From: Gaiellaceae bacterium
Lineage (GTDB): Bacteria > Actinomycetota > Thermoleophilia > Gaiellales > Gaiellaceae
Direction of reading: 5' to 3'
Length of the DNA stretch: 64,000 nucleotides
Assembly (NCBI GenBank): GCA_035532455.1
Contig: DATKRA010000081.1
Coordinates: 2,805-66,804 of the forward strand
Numbering within the stretch: position 1 is the first letter of the stretch; the number at the start of each line of letters is the position of its first letter. The notes below the pieces were generated by a model. The model was not told the DNA's origin, did not search any database, and saw only the letters and a list, made by a program, of their open reading frames with translations. Made by a program: the position numbers and the translations under genes. Of the stretch, positions 1 through 8,337 are shown piece after piece.

Positions 1-114
1 GGCGTCCCGGTCCGGATCGGCAATCCGCTCGGCCGCCTCGAATTGACGCACCCGGTCGACGAGACCGAGATCGATTCGCTTGCAATCGCCATCGGGCTCG
101 GGATCGAGGACTAG
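1..114 (+). CDS. pilM: C-terminal fragment of type IV pilus assembly protein PilM (5' end outside the window)
   Basis: Frame 1 is open from the window edge to TAG 112-114 (GVPVRIGNPLGRLELTHPVDETEIDSLAIAIGLGIED*). It lies 15 nt upstream of pilN in the canonical pilM-N-O order. The call rests mainly on synteny. Confidence 0.45.
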   Translation, partial: GVPVRIGNPLGRLELTHPVDETEIDSLAIAIGLGIED

Positions 115-129
115 GGGAGACGAGAGACG

Positions 130-774
130 ATGCGTGCCGTAAACCTTCTCCCGCGCGAGACGAGCACCCGGAAGTTCGGCTGGAACAGCGAGCTCGCCGC
201 CGCCGGCGCGTTCACGTTGCTCATGGTGGTGATCGTCGTCGGCGGCTTCGCCCTTGAGCGCTCGCATGCCGCGACGGCGCAGCAGCGGCTCGCGGCGGCG
301 CAGACCGCACTCGACAGCGCGAACAGCCAGCCCTCCGCCAAGCAGACACAACTCCAGGTTCCGGCCGTGGTCTCGCAGGAGCAGCCTTGGCATCTCGCGC
401 TCGACTCCGCGCTCGCGACCCGCGTGTCGTGGGACGTCCTGCTCTCGCAGTTCGAATACGTCGTGCCTCCGAAGGTCGACCTGACGAGCGTCAGCTTCGG
501 CTCGCCGGCCGGCTCGGTCGCGGTGGCCGGGACGACGGGCGCAACCGTCGCGCTCGGCGGCAACGCGTTCTCGCTGCACGACGTCGCGGTCTTCCTCTCG
601 ACGCTCGCGCGCGTCCCGAAGCTCTCACAGATCACCCTCGTCAGCACGGCGTCCAACACGAATTCGAACGTCATGACCTTCCAGATCACGGCGCAGGTGG
701 CTCTCCCCGCTGCCCCTGTCGCTCCTGCAGGCACGTCTGGCACGACGACGACGACAACTGGAGGCCAGGCATGA
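130..774 (+). CDS. pilN: Type IV pilus assembly protein PilN (fimbrial assembly family)
   Basis: N-terminus MRAVNLLPRE is followed by one TM helix (AAGAFTLLMVVIVVGGFAL) and a periplasmic domain. The ATGA overlap with the next gene suggests translational coupling. The C-terminus is a Thr-run (TTTTTTGGQA). Confidence 0.75.
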   Translation: MRAVNLLPRETSTRKFGWNSELAAAGAFTLLMVVIVVGGFALERSHAATAQQRLAAAQTALDSANSQPSAKQTQLQVPAVVSQEQPWHLALDSALATRVSWDVLLSQFEYVVPPKVDLTSVSFGSPAGSVAVAGTTGATVALGGNAFSLHDVAVFLSTLARVPKLSQITLVSTASNTNSNVMTFQITAQVALPAAPVAPAGTSGTTTTTTGGQA

Positions 775-1403
775 CTTCTCGCCAACGCCGGTTTGCGGTC
801 TTCGCCGCCGTCAATCTGCTCATCATCGCCGTCGGCTGGTTCGCGCTCATCTCGCCGCAGCGGAACGACGCGTCGTCGGCCGCAGCGCAGGAGCAGGTCG
901 TGCTGAACGAGCTCACGGCCCTCACGGGACCCTCGCACGTCTCGCACGACCAGCCCGCGATCCACACGTCCGAGCTCTACGCGCTCGACACGGCCCTTCC
1001 GTCGCAGGTGGATCAGACCGACCTGCTCTTCGAGCTCGACCAGCTCGCAACGACTGCCGACGTGAAGATCCTCGGCATCACGCCGCAGGCGGCGCAGGCT
1101 GCGACGACCAACTACACCGTCGAGCCGATCAACCTCTCACTGAGCGGCACGTACTTCCACCTGACCCGCTTCCTCCACAACCTCCGGGTTCTCGTCTCCG
1201 AGCACCAGGGGCGCCTGATCGCGAACGGCCCGCTCTTCGCCGTCACGTCGGTCGCGCTCAGCCCCGGCGATACCGGCGAGGGGACCGGCAAGGGCGAGGC
1301 CGCGACGGTCGGGCTGGCCGCCTTCTACTACGGGATGGTCGACGGCGCGGCGCCGCCGGCCAGCACGACGACGACAGACACGACGACCACGACAGGGGGC
1401 TAG
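771..1403 (+). CDS. pilO: Type IV pilus assembly protein PilO
   Basis: Internal ATG at 771 of ORF 387..1403 overlaps the pilN stop. It has a TM helix (FAVFAAVNLLIIAVGWFALI), a coiled-coil stretch and a PilO-like C-domain (LSLSGTYFHLTRFLHNLRVL). It ends TTTTDTTTTTGG. Confidence 0.75.
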   Translation: MTSRQRRFAVFAAVNLLIIAVGWFALISPQRNDASSAAAQEQVVLNELTALTGPSHVSHDQPAIHTSELYALDTALPSQVDQTDLLFELDQLATTADVKILGITPQAAQAATTNYTVEPINLSLSGTYFHLTRFLHNLRVLVSEHQGRLIANGPLFAVTSVALSPGDTGEGTGKGEAATVGLAAFYYGMVDGAAPPASTTTTDTTTTTGG

Positions 1404-1412
1404 GGAGCGACC

Positions 1413-2108
1413 ATGGCGCCGAAAGCCGCACAGGAAGCAGCAAAGAAGAAGGCTGCAAAGCAGAAGAAGATCCTCATCGTGCTCGGGCTCCTGCTCGTCC
1501 TCGCTCTCGGCTACGCCGTCATGACGCTGACGAGTCTCAACAGCTCGCCTCCCGTCCAGGCCGTCTCGGCCTCGGCGACGACGCCTGCGGGATCGATCCC
1601 GAACGACACGTCGGCCGCGGTCGTCACGCCGGGAATTGCGGCGCCTGCCGTCGGGTCGTTGCGCACGTTCACAGGGTTCGGCCTGAAGGACCCGTTCCAC
1701 AACGGCGGGCCAAACGGCTCCACCGGCGGCTCCTCCAAGAGCGCCGGCGGCAAGATCAAGGACGCCGGCAGCGGCAAGGGCAACGGCGGGGGCGGTTCGA
1801 AGTCGAAGCAGCCGTCGCCGCCGCTCACCGGAGCCGTCATCTCGCTCAACGGAAAGAAGCTCGCCCTCGCCGTCGGAACGGAGTTCGGGCGCGCCCCCGG
1901 CTTGAGCGGTGTCTTGCTCTTCCGGCTCGTCACGGTGTCGGCGCGCTCAGCGCTCGTCGCCGTCGTCGGAACGCGGCAGCACTTCACCATCCATGTCCGT
2001 CGGCCCCTGACGCTCAGGCAGAACGGCGGGTGGACGTACACCCTCATCCTCGAGCCGCTCGGATCGGCCGCGCCGATGACGGTCGCCCCGACGAACACGA
2101 TTCACTGA
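1413..2108 (+). CDS. Hypothetical single-pass membrane protein in the PilP position of the pilus operon
   Basis: Lys-rich N-terminus plus a TM helix (ILIVLGLLLVLALGYAVM), then a Gly/Ser/Lys low-complexity linker and a beta-rich C-domain. It is tightly packed between pilO and pilC. I recognise no family motif. Confidence 0.6.
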   Translation: MAPKAAQEAAKKKAAKQKKILIVLGLLLVLALGYAVMTLTSLNSSPPVQAVSASATTPAGSIPNDTSAAVVTPGIAAPAVGSLRTFTGFGLKDPFHNGGPNGSTGGSSKSAGGKIKDAGSGKGNGGGGSKSKQPSPPLTGAVISLNGKKLALAVGTEFGRAPGLSGVLLFRLVTVSARSALVAVVGTRQHFTIHVRRPLTLRQNGGWTYTLILEPLGSAAPMTVAPTNTIH

Positions 2109-2111
2109 CCC

Positions 2112-3332
2112 ATGGCCTCTTTCGCCTACACCGCAATCAACGCGCGGGGCCTCGAGGTCGACGGCGTCATCGCCGCCAACGATCTCGGGCAAGCGCGCGA
2201 GCAACTCCAGCGCCGCGGCCTGCTCGCGGAGCGGATCTCCGAGATGGATACGAGCGCCTCGCTCGGCGAGAAGCGGATCTCGCTCGGCCGGGGAGTGAAG
2301 GCGAAGTCGCTCCAGATCTTCTCCCGCCAGTTCGCCACGATGATCGAGGCGGGTCTGAGCGTCGTGCAGGCGCTCGTCGTGCTGGAGGATCAGACGAGCG
2401 ACGTGGCGCTCGCCGAGGTCGTGACGCAGCTGCGGTACGACGTCGAGGCGGGGCTCATCCTCTCGGAGGCGATGGCCCGACATCCGAAGGTCTTCTCGCG
2501 CCTCTACGTCGCGATGGTCGAGGCGGGCGAGGCGGCCGGAATCCTCGACATCGTCCTCGACCGCGTCGCTACCCAGATCGAGAAGCAGGAGGCGATCAAG
2601 CGCCGCGTCAAGGGCGCGATGATCTACCCGGCGCTCGTCTTCACGTTCGCGGTGCTCGTTCTCACCGCGATGCTCCTCTTCCTCATTCCGATCTTCGTGA
2701 AGATCTTCGCCCAGCTCCACGGGAATCTGCCGATGCTGACCAAGCTCGTCGTCCACGCCTCGAACGGCGTGCGTGGCTACTGGTACGTGATCTTCCCGCT
2801 CCTCTTCGCCTCGCCGTTCGTCTTCCGCTGGTGGAAGGGCACTGAGTCAGGGCGGCGGAAGTGGGACACGTTCCTGCTGCGCATCCCGATGCGGATCGGC
2901 GAGACGGCCCGAAAGGTGACGATGGCGCGCTTCTCCCGGACTCTCGCGACACTCGTCGCGGCCGGCGTCGACATCATCAAGGCGCTCGAGATCACGGGGA
3001 GCGCGGCGGGCAACTGGGTCGTCGAGTCCGCGCTCGTCAAGGTTCGCGAGAGCGTCCACGCCGGTGAAGGGCTCTCGCAGCCGCTCGCCGAGAACGACGT
3101 CTTCCCGCCCATGGTCGCCCAGATGATGAAGATCGGCGAGGAGTCCGGCGAGCTACAGAAGATGCTCGACAAGATCGCCGACTTCTACGAGGACGAGGTC
3201 GACGCGGCGGTCGCCTCGCTCACGGCGATCATCGAGCCGATGATGATGATCTTCGTCGGCGCGATCGTCGGCGTCATCGTCATCTCGATGTACCTCCCGA
3301 TGTTCAAGATGTACCAGCTCATCGCGCACTAG
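2112..3332 (+). CDS. pilC: Type IV pilus inner-membrane platform protein PilC (T2SS F family)
   Basis: 406 aa with two T2SSF-type repeats (FSRQFATMIEAGLSVVQAL and FSRTLATLVAAGVDIIKAL) and 3 TM segments. The C-terminal IEPMMMIFVGAIVGVIVISMYLPMF is typical of the family. Confidence 0.9.
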   Translation: MASFAYTAINARGLEVDGVIAANDLGQAREQLQRRGLLAERISEMDTSASLGEKRISLGRGVKAKSLQIFSRQFATMIEAGLSVVQALVVLEDQTSDVALAEVVTQLRYDVEAGLILSEAMARHPKVFSRLYVAMVEAGEAAGILDIVLDRVATQIEKQEAIKRRVKGAMIYPALVFTFAVLVLTAMLLFLIPIFVKIFAQLHGNLPMLTKLVVHASNGVRGYWYVIFPLLFASPFVFRWWKGTESGRRKWDTFLLRIPMRIGETARKVTMARFSRTLATLVAAGVDIIKALEITGSAAGNWVVESALVKVRESVHAGEGLSQPLAENDVFPPMVAQMMKIGEESGELQKMLDKIADFYEDEVDAAVASLTAIIEPMMMIFVGAIVGVIVISMYLPMFKMYQLIAH

Positions 3333-3344
3333 TAGTAGATAGAG

Positions 3345-5474
3345 CTAGCCGCCTGTCGTAGTCGTCGTCCCGGTGGTGGTAGTGCCGGTTGTCGTCGTGG
3401 TCTTCGTCGTCGTCGTGGTCGGCGGCGGCGGCGGTGGCGGCGGCGGAGGCGGCGCCGTGGTTGTGCGCTGCGTCGTAGTCGTCGTGTGGACGGTGGTCGT
3501 CCGGGTCGCGGTCGTCTGCGTCTTCGTCTTCGGTTTCGTCGTGCAGCCGTTGCTCGGACGCGCGTTCCGCCATGTGAGCGCGAACTGGTAGCGGCCGCAC
3601 CAGCGCTGGTACGGCGGGCTGCCGAGGAACGCGAACTGCTGGACGGGCTGCCCCGCCGTCGCCTGTGCCATATACGTGTGCCAGATCTCCGCCGGGAACG
3701 TCCCGCCCGTGACGGAGGTGACGCCGTGGACCGTTCCCATCGGCTTCTCGCCGGTCGGATGTCCGACCCAGACGACGGTCGCGAGCTGCGGCACCCAGCC
3801 GGCGAACCACGCGTCCGTCTCGCTGTCGGTCGTCCCGGTCTTTCCCGCCGCCGGCCGGCCGGGGAGCGCCGCCGCGGTGCCCGTCCCGGACCGGACGTTC
3901 GCCGCGAGGATCCTCGTCACGACGCCCGCGACTTTCGCGTCGACCACGCGGTGGCCGCTCGGCTGCGATGCGGTCTCGGTGTGGCCGTCGGCGAAGGCGA
4001 CCTTGGACAGGATCGTCGGCTGGTGCGCAACCCCACCCGCTGCGAGCGTCGCGTACGCCGTCGCGAGATCGAGCGGGCTGATCCCGTTGACGCCCAGTCC
4101 GATCGACGGGACGGCCTCGAGCTTCGACTGGATCCCCATGCTCGTCGCGAGGTCCGCGATCGATTTCGGGCCGAGGTCGAGCGTGAGCCGCGCGTAGACG
4201 GTGTTGTCGGAGAGGAGCGTCGCCTGCGAGATCGGGATCCGGCCCGAGTACGTGTGCTCGTACGTCGCCACGTGCCAGTTGTCCGGGCCGACGAACGGTG
4301 CGGAGAGATACCGCGTCGCGAACGGGTCGATCCCGCGGATGACCGCCTCCGTGAGCACGAACAGCTTGAACGTCGAGCCCGCCTGCCTTTGCGCGTCGGC
4401 GGGGATGTCGAACGAGAGCCGCTGCCCGGCCTGCGCGACCGCCATCGCGCGGATGTCGCCGGTTCCCGGGTCGATCGAAACGACCGATCCCGCGGGATCT
4501 CCCTTGCGGTCGAGCGTCCCGAGGACGGCCCGGGTCGCCTCGGCCTGCTTCTTCGAGTCGAGCGTCGTGTAGACGTGCAGCCCGCCCACGCGAACGCGGC
4601 CTGCGCCGTACTGGGCGACGAGCTGCGACGTGATGAAGTCGGCGAGGTACGTCCCCGCGGAAGAACCTTGTATGCGCGCCGGATGCAGGCCGAGCGGGCT
4701 CGCGAGCGCGGCTCGGTACCGCGCGGGGGAGATGTCGCCCGCAGTGAGCATCGCCTGCAGCACCTCCGCCCGCCGCTGTCTCGCCGCCTGCGGCGCCGTG
4801 ATCGGGTCGTACGAGGACGGCGCCTGCGGCAGGCCGGCGATGAGCGCCGCCTGCTCGAGCGTGAGCTTGCTCGCCGGCTCGTCGAAGTACGTGTGCGCCG
4901 CGGCCTCGATCCCGTACGCCTGCTGCCCGAAGTACACGTCGTTGAGGTACTCCGTGAGGATCCGGTCCTTGCTCCACTGCTTGTCGAGCTGCACCGCGAG
5001 GCACGCTTCCGTCAGCTTTCGGCTGAGCGACTGCTGCGGGCTGAGATAGACGTTGCGGACGAGCTGCTGCTCGATCGTCGAGCCGCCCTGGACGGTTCCG
5101 CCGGCGAGGACGTCGGCCTTGAGCGAGCGGAGGATCCCGATGAAGTCGATCCCGTCGTTCGAGTAGAAGCGCCGGTCCTCCGTGTCGATGATCGCGCTCC
5201 GCATCACCGGGCTGATCTGGTTGAACGAAACGGGCACGCGACTGCTCGTCGCGCCGAGCGTGCCGAGCTGCGTGCCGTCGCTGTAGTAGAGGACGCTCGC
5301 CTGCGCCAGGCCGTGCGCAGCGAGGCCGTCGAGGCTGCACGGGTACCAGAAGAGCGGCCCGGCGACGGCGGAGCCGATGGCGTACGTGCCCACGAAGATG
5401 ATGACCGCCGCGGCCGCGTATTGCGCGCCGCGCAGCCAACGTGATCTTCCGGTGCGCCCTCCTTGCCGTGCCAT
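3345..5474 (-). CDS. Class A penicillin-binding protein (bifunctional glycosyltransferase/transpeptidase) with a Pro/Thr-rich C-terminal tail
   Basis: N-terminal TM helix. GT51 motifs EDRRFYSNDGIDF and GGSTIEQQLVRN. Transpeptidase motifs STFK, SDN and KTGTT. The tail contains P11 and Thr runs and ends TTTTTGG. Confidence 0.9.
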   Translation of the reverse strand: MARQGGRTGRSRWLRGAQYAAAAVIIFVGTYAIGSAVAGPLFWYPCSLDGLAAHGLAQASVLYYSDGTQLGTLGATSSRVPVSFNQISPVMRSAIIDTEDRRFYSNDGIDFIGILRSLKADVLAGGTVQGGSTIEQQLVRNVYLSPQQSLSRKLTEACLAVQLDKQWSKDRILTEYLNDVYFGQQAYGIEAAAHTYFDEPASKLTLEQAALIAGLPQAPSSYDPITAPQAARQRRAEVLQAMLTAGDISPARYRAALASPLGLHPARIQGSSAGTYLADFITSQLVAQYGAGRVRVGGLHVYTTLDSKKQAEATRAVLGTLDRKGDPAGSVVSIDPGTGDIRAMAVAQAGQRLSFDIPADAQRQAGSTFKLFVLTEAVIRGIDPFATRYLSAPFVGPDNWHVATYEHTYSGRIPISQATLLSDNTVYARLTLDLGPKSIADLATSMGIQSKLEAVPSIGLGVNGISPLDLATAYATLAAGGVAHQPTILSKVAFADGHTETASQPSGHRVVDAKVAGVVTRILAANVRSGTGTAAALPGRPAAGKTGTTDSETDAWFAGWVPQLATVVWVGHPTGEKPMGTVHGVTSVTGGTFPAEIWHTYMAQATAGQPVQQFAFLGSPPYQRWCGRYQFALTWRNARPSNGCTTKPKTKTQTTATRTTTVHTTTTTQRTTTAPPPPPPPPPPPTTTTTKTTTTTGTTTTGTTTTTGG

Positions 5475-5765
5475 TTCCCGGCGTGTAAACGCCGGCGGCT
5501 GCGAATCGGCTACGGGCGCCCGAGGACGCGCGACAGAAGGCCTCGCTTTGCAGCAGGCTCCGGCGTCGCCTCCGGCTCCGGGGGCGAAGGCTCCGGCGCC
5601 GCGAGTACGGGAGCGGGATCGTCCTCGGGCGGCAGCATCGACTTCGGGACGTTGCCCCGCTCGCGCTGCGCGCGGATCGCGTCGTTCATCGCGTCGCGGT
5701 GCGACTCTTCGGTCACGTCCGCAAGGTACGCCGCGGGTCGGCCCGCTCCTCTAGGCTCTCTGCGG

Positions 5766-6497
5766 ATGTGCTTCGACGACGACTCCGCGCCGCCGATCCC
5801 GCCGCTCTCGGGTGCCGCCGTCGTGCACGAAGACCTCGTGCTCGATGCGGCCGACGGCAACCGGTTCGCTGCCTTCCTCGCGATTCCGGAGGAGGAGCTC
5901 GGCGCGGGCGTTGTCATCCTGCCCGACGTTCGCGGCCTCTACCGCTTCTACGAGGAGCTCGCACTCCGCTTCGCCGAGCGCGGCATCGTGGCTCTTGCCT
6001 TCGACTACTTCGGCCGGACCGCCGGCGTCGAGAAGCGTCCGAACGACTGGGACTACATGCCGCTCGTCCAGCAGCTGACGATGGAGCAGGTGCAGACGGA
6101 CGTCAGCGCATCCGTTGCTCACCTCAGCTCGATGGGCGCCGACCCGATCTTCACCGTCGGCTTCTGTTTCGGCGGCAGCGGCTCCTGGGCGGCTGCGGCG
6201 TCCGGGCACGGCCTCGCCGGCGCCGTCGGCTTCTACGGACGGCCGGGCCGGATGATCGATCTCGTCCCGAAGCTCGACGCACCGATCCTTGCGCTCCAGG
6301 GCGGCGATGACCAGGGCATCCCGCACTCCGACAACGTCGAGTTCGAGCGCGTGCTGCACGAGAACGGCAAGGACTACGAGCTGATCGAGTTCGAAGGCGC
6401 GCCGCACAGCTTCTTCGACCGCAAGCAGGAGGACTTCCAGGCGGCCTCTGACGCGGCCTGGCAGCGCACGCTCGACTTCATCGCGGCGCGCTCGTAG
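5766..6497 (+). CDS. Dienelactone hydrolase family protein
   Basis: Internal ATG at 5766 of ORF 5463..6497; the upstream part is Arg/Ser-rich junk. DLH-type nucleophile motif VGFCFGGSGSW, plus GVVILPDVRGL and a C-terminal GAPHSF. Confidence 0.8.
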   Translation: MCFDDDSAPPIPPLSGAAVVHEDLVLDAADGNRFAAFLAIPEEELGAGVVILPDVRGLYRFYEELALRFAERGIVALAFDYFGRTAGVEKRPNDWDYMPLVQQLTMEQVQTDVSASVAHLSSMGADPIFTVGFCFGGSGSWAAAASGHGLAGAVGFYGRPGRMIDLVPKLDAPILALQGGDDQGIPHSDNVEFERVLHENGKDYELIEFEGAPHSFFDRKQEDFQAASDAAWQRTLDFIAARS

Positions 6498-6579
6498 CTC
6501 GCGAGTTCGGACGCCGTGCAGTCCGCGCCGCCGCAGCGGTGGCGCTGCTCGCGGGAGTCGCTACACTGCTGCGGCGCCA

Positions 6580-6653
6580 GGCGCCGTAGCTCAGCTGGTT
6601 AGAGCGCTGCACTCATAATGCAGAGGTCGGTGGTTCGAGCCCACCCGGCGCTA
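6580..6653 (+). tRNA. metT: tRNA-Met (anticodon CAT), elongator-like; CCA not encoded
   Basis: Manual cloverleaf: acceptor GGCGCCG/CGGCGCT (G1-U72), D-arm GCTC..GAGC, anticodon stem CTGCA/TGCAG with loop CTCATAA, T-arm GGTGG-TTCGAGC-CCACC. It lacks the GGG/CCC anticodon-stem signature of initiator tRNA. A lysidine-modified tRNA-Ile2 cannot be excluded from sequence alone. Confidence 0.9.
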
Positions 6654-6689
6654 CTGAAGCGCGTCCCCCCTCGGATCTGGGAAAGAGAA

Positions 6690-6851
6690 ATGGCAACCGG
6701 AGTCAGAGTCGCAATCACGCTCGCTTGTACCGAATGCAAGCGCCGCAACTACCAGACGCAGAAGTCGAAGCGGAACTCGCCCGACCGCGTCGAGTTCAAG
6801 AAGTACTGCCGCTGGTGCGGTAGTCACACGATCCACCGGGAGACCCGGTAG
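6690..6851 (+). CDS. rpmG: 50S ribosomal protein L33 (zinc-ribbon form)
   Basis: [53 protein letters not shown]. It uses the internal ATG of ORF 6618..6851, with SD GGGAAAGAG upstream. CxxC...CxxC is present. Confidence 0.95.
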   Translation: MATGVRVAITLACTECKRRNYQTQKSKRNSPDRVEFKKYCRWCGSHTIHRETR

Positions 6852-7017
6852 TAGTGCGCCCTCCGGCCGCAACTGTCCGCGTCTGGCCCGCGATCACGCG
6901 GCGCGCTGCTGCGTCCTCGGTCGCGCCCGTAGCTGAAGCTACGAGCGCGCCCTGCGTCCTTGCATCGCTTGGTGCTGGCGTCCCAGCCATCGAACGCCGC
7001 GACCGGAGGGCGCACTA
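6852..7017 (+). promoter_or_regulatory. Structured rpmG-secE spacer closed by a perfect 15-bp long-range stem that includes the secE Shine-Dalgarno
   Basis: 6852-6866 (TAGTGCGCCCTCCGG) is the exact reverse complement of 7003-7017 (CCGGAGGGCGCACTA). The 3' arm contains GGAGGG and ends directly before the secE ATG at 7018. Internal hairpins include CGTAGC-TGAA-GCTACG at 6928-6943. Confidence 0.4.
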
Positions 7018-7362
7018 ATGGCGCGCACGACCCGTCAGCAGCGCCGCCAGCGCCGCGCCCAGACGGCCGGCACCCCGCCCCTCCGTCCGGCGCCGCGTCA
7101 GCGTCCCGCCGAGGAGCAGCCGGCGGACGCCGCCGTCGAAGCCCCGAGCGTCGAGCGCCAGGCCGAAGGCCGCCGAGGGTTTCCCGGCCTCCGCTTCCTC
7201 CAGGAGGCGATTGCCGAGCTCAAGAAGGTCGAGTGGCCGACGCAGCAGCAGGTCGTGAGCGGCACCGCGGTCGTTCTCGTCGCCTGTCTCATCTTCGGCG
7301 TGTACCTGTACGCGAACGATCGGGTCTGGAGCTATGTCGTCGAACACGTCCTGCTGAGGTAA
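7018..7362 (+). CDS. secE: Preprotein translocase subunit SecE
   Basis: Basic N-terminal extension, then FLQEAIAELKKVEWPTQQQVVSGTAVVLVACLIFGVYLY (SecE signature plus a single TM helix). Position directly upstream of nusG. Confidence 0.85.
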   Translation: MARTTRQQRRQRRAQTAGTPPLRPAPRQRPAEEQPADAAVEAPSVERQAEGRRGFPGLRFLQEAIAELKKVEWPTQQQVVSGTAVVLVACLIFGVYLYANDRVWSYVVEHVLLR

Positions 7363-7372
7363 CGAGGTAACG

Positions 7373-7903
7373 ATGTTTCGCTGGTATGTGATCAACACCT
7401 ATTCCGGGCACGAGAACAAGGTCAAGGCCAATCTCGAGCACCGGATCGAGTCGATGAACCAGCGCTCGCGGTTCCGCCGCGTCGTCGTCCCGACCGAGCA
7501 GGTGATCGAGACGAAGGACGGCCAGAAGGTGCAGGCCGAGAAGCGGACGCTGCCGGGCTACGTGCTCGTGAACATGGACATGGACCCCGACGCGTGGACG
7601 GTCGTGAAGAACACGCCGGGCGTGACGGGCTTCGTCGGCGCCGGCGCGACTCCGGCTCCGCTCTCGCAGCCCGAGGTCGACCGGATCCTCCACACGGCGT
7701 CGCCGGCCGCGCTCGCCGCGCGCGCCCGGGTCGAGTTCCAGCTCGGCGAGTCGGTGAAGATCACCTCCGGCCCGCTCGCGGACTTCGACGGCGAGATCAC
7801 GGACGTCAACGCCGACGCCCAGAAGCTCCAGGTCATGGTCAACATCTTCGAGCGGCAGGTGCCGGTCGAGGTCGGATTCGAAAACGTCAAGAAACTGGAC
7901 TGA
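7373..7903 (+). CDS. nusG: Transcription termination/antitermination factor NusG
   Basis: [22 protein letters not shown] (NGN domain) and a C-terminal KOW ([21 protein letters not shown]). Synteny secE-nusG-rplK. Confidence 0.95.
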   Translation: MFRWYVINTYSGHENKVKANLEHRIESMNQRSRFRRVVVPTEQVIETKDGQKVQAEKRTLPGYVLVNMDMDPDAWTVVKNTPGVTGFVGAGATPAPLSQPEVDRILHTASPAALAARARVEFQLGESVKITSGPLADFDGEITDVNADAQKLQVMVNIFERQVPVEVGFENVKKLD

Positions 7904-7911
7904 GGAAACAC

Positions 7912-8337
7912 ATGGCAAAGAAGGTTTTGACACTCATCAAGCTGCAGATCCCCGGCGGGCAGGCGAACCCGGCGCCGCCGGTCGGCCCTGCGCTCGGCCA
8001 GCACGGCGTGAACATCATGGAGTTCTGCAAGGCGTTCAACGCCCAGACGGCAGACCAGAACGGACGCATCACCCCGGTCGAGATCACCGTCTTCGAGGAC
8101 CGCTCGTTCACGTTCATCACGAAGACGCCGCCGGCGGCCGTCCTCATCAAGGAGGCGCTGCGGATCGAGAAGGGCTCGGGCGAGCCGAACCGCCAGAAGG
8201 TCGGACGCCTCTCGCGCCAGCAGGTGCTCCAGATCGCCGAGACGAAGATGCCCGACCTCAACGCGCGCGACGTCGAACAGGCCGCGCTGATCATCGCCGG
8301 GACGGCCCGCTCGATGGGTGTCGAGGTGGACGGCTGA
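7912..8337 (+). CDS. rplK: 50S ribosomal protein L11
   Basis: [44 protein letters not shown]. Internal ATG at 7912 of ORF 7594..8337. Confidence 0.97.
   Translation: MAKKVLTLIKLQIPGGQANPAPPVGPALGQHGVNIMEFCKAFNAQTADQNGRITPVEITVFEDRSFTFITKTPPAAVLIKEALRIEKGSGEPNRQKVGRLSRQQVLQIAETKMPDLNARDVEQAALIIAGTARSMGVEVDG

Noticed and set aside
387-770. N-terminal run-ins of tracked ORFs (387..1403, 5463..6497, 7594..8337, 17658..20582, 29520..30944, 32347..33024, 34821..35294, 35207..36115, 53862..55811, 20590..22158 minus)
   Set aside because: The upstream portions overlap the preceding genes or are Arg/Ser/Gly junk. Internal start codons with SD sequences or stop-start overlaps give products with canonical N-termini.
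3373-3591. 72-aa ORF encoding poly-Val/poly-Gly (MVVVPVVVVVFVVVVVGGGGGGGGGGG...)
   Set aside because: It is the reverse complement of the poly-Thr/poly-Pro C-terminal tail of the PBP gene. It is a pure antisense artefact.
6539-6567. Candidate -10 box TACACT (6562-6567) about 13 nt upstream of tRNA-Met
   Set aside because: There is no convincing -35 element and no way to verify it. Single hexamer matches are too frequent to report as a promoter.
6919-7004. Possible degenerate tRNA (expected trpT position): GGTCGCG...CGCGACC could form a 7-bp acceptor-like stem
   Set aside because: No D-arm/anticodon-arm/T-arm geometry and no TTCGA-type T-loop can be folded. The 3' arm also competes with the 15-bp outer stem. 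It is mentioned only as context for the spacer finding.
6580-7017. Integration of a mobile element at tRNA-Met
   Set aside because: There is no integrase, no direct repeat of the tRNA 3' end and no compositional break. metT-rpmG adjacency is the conserved actinobacterial arrangement.
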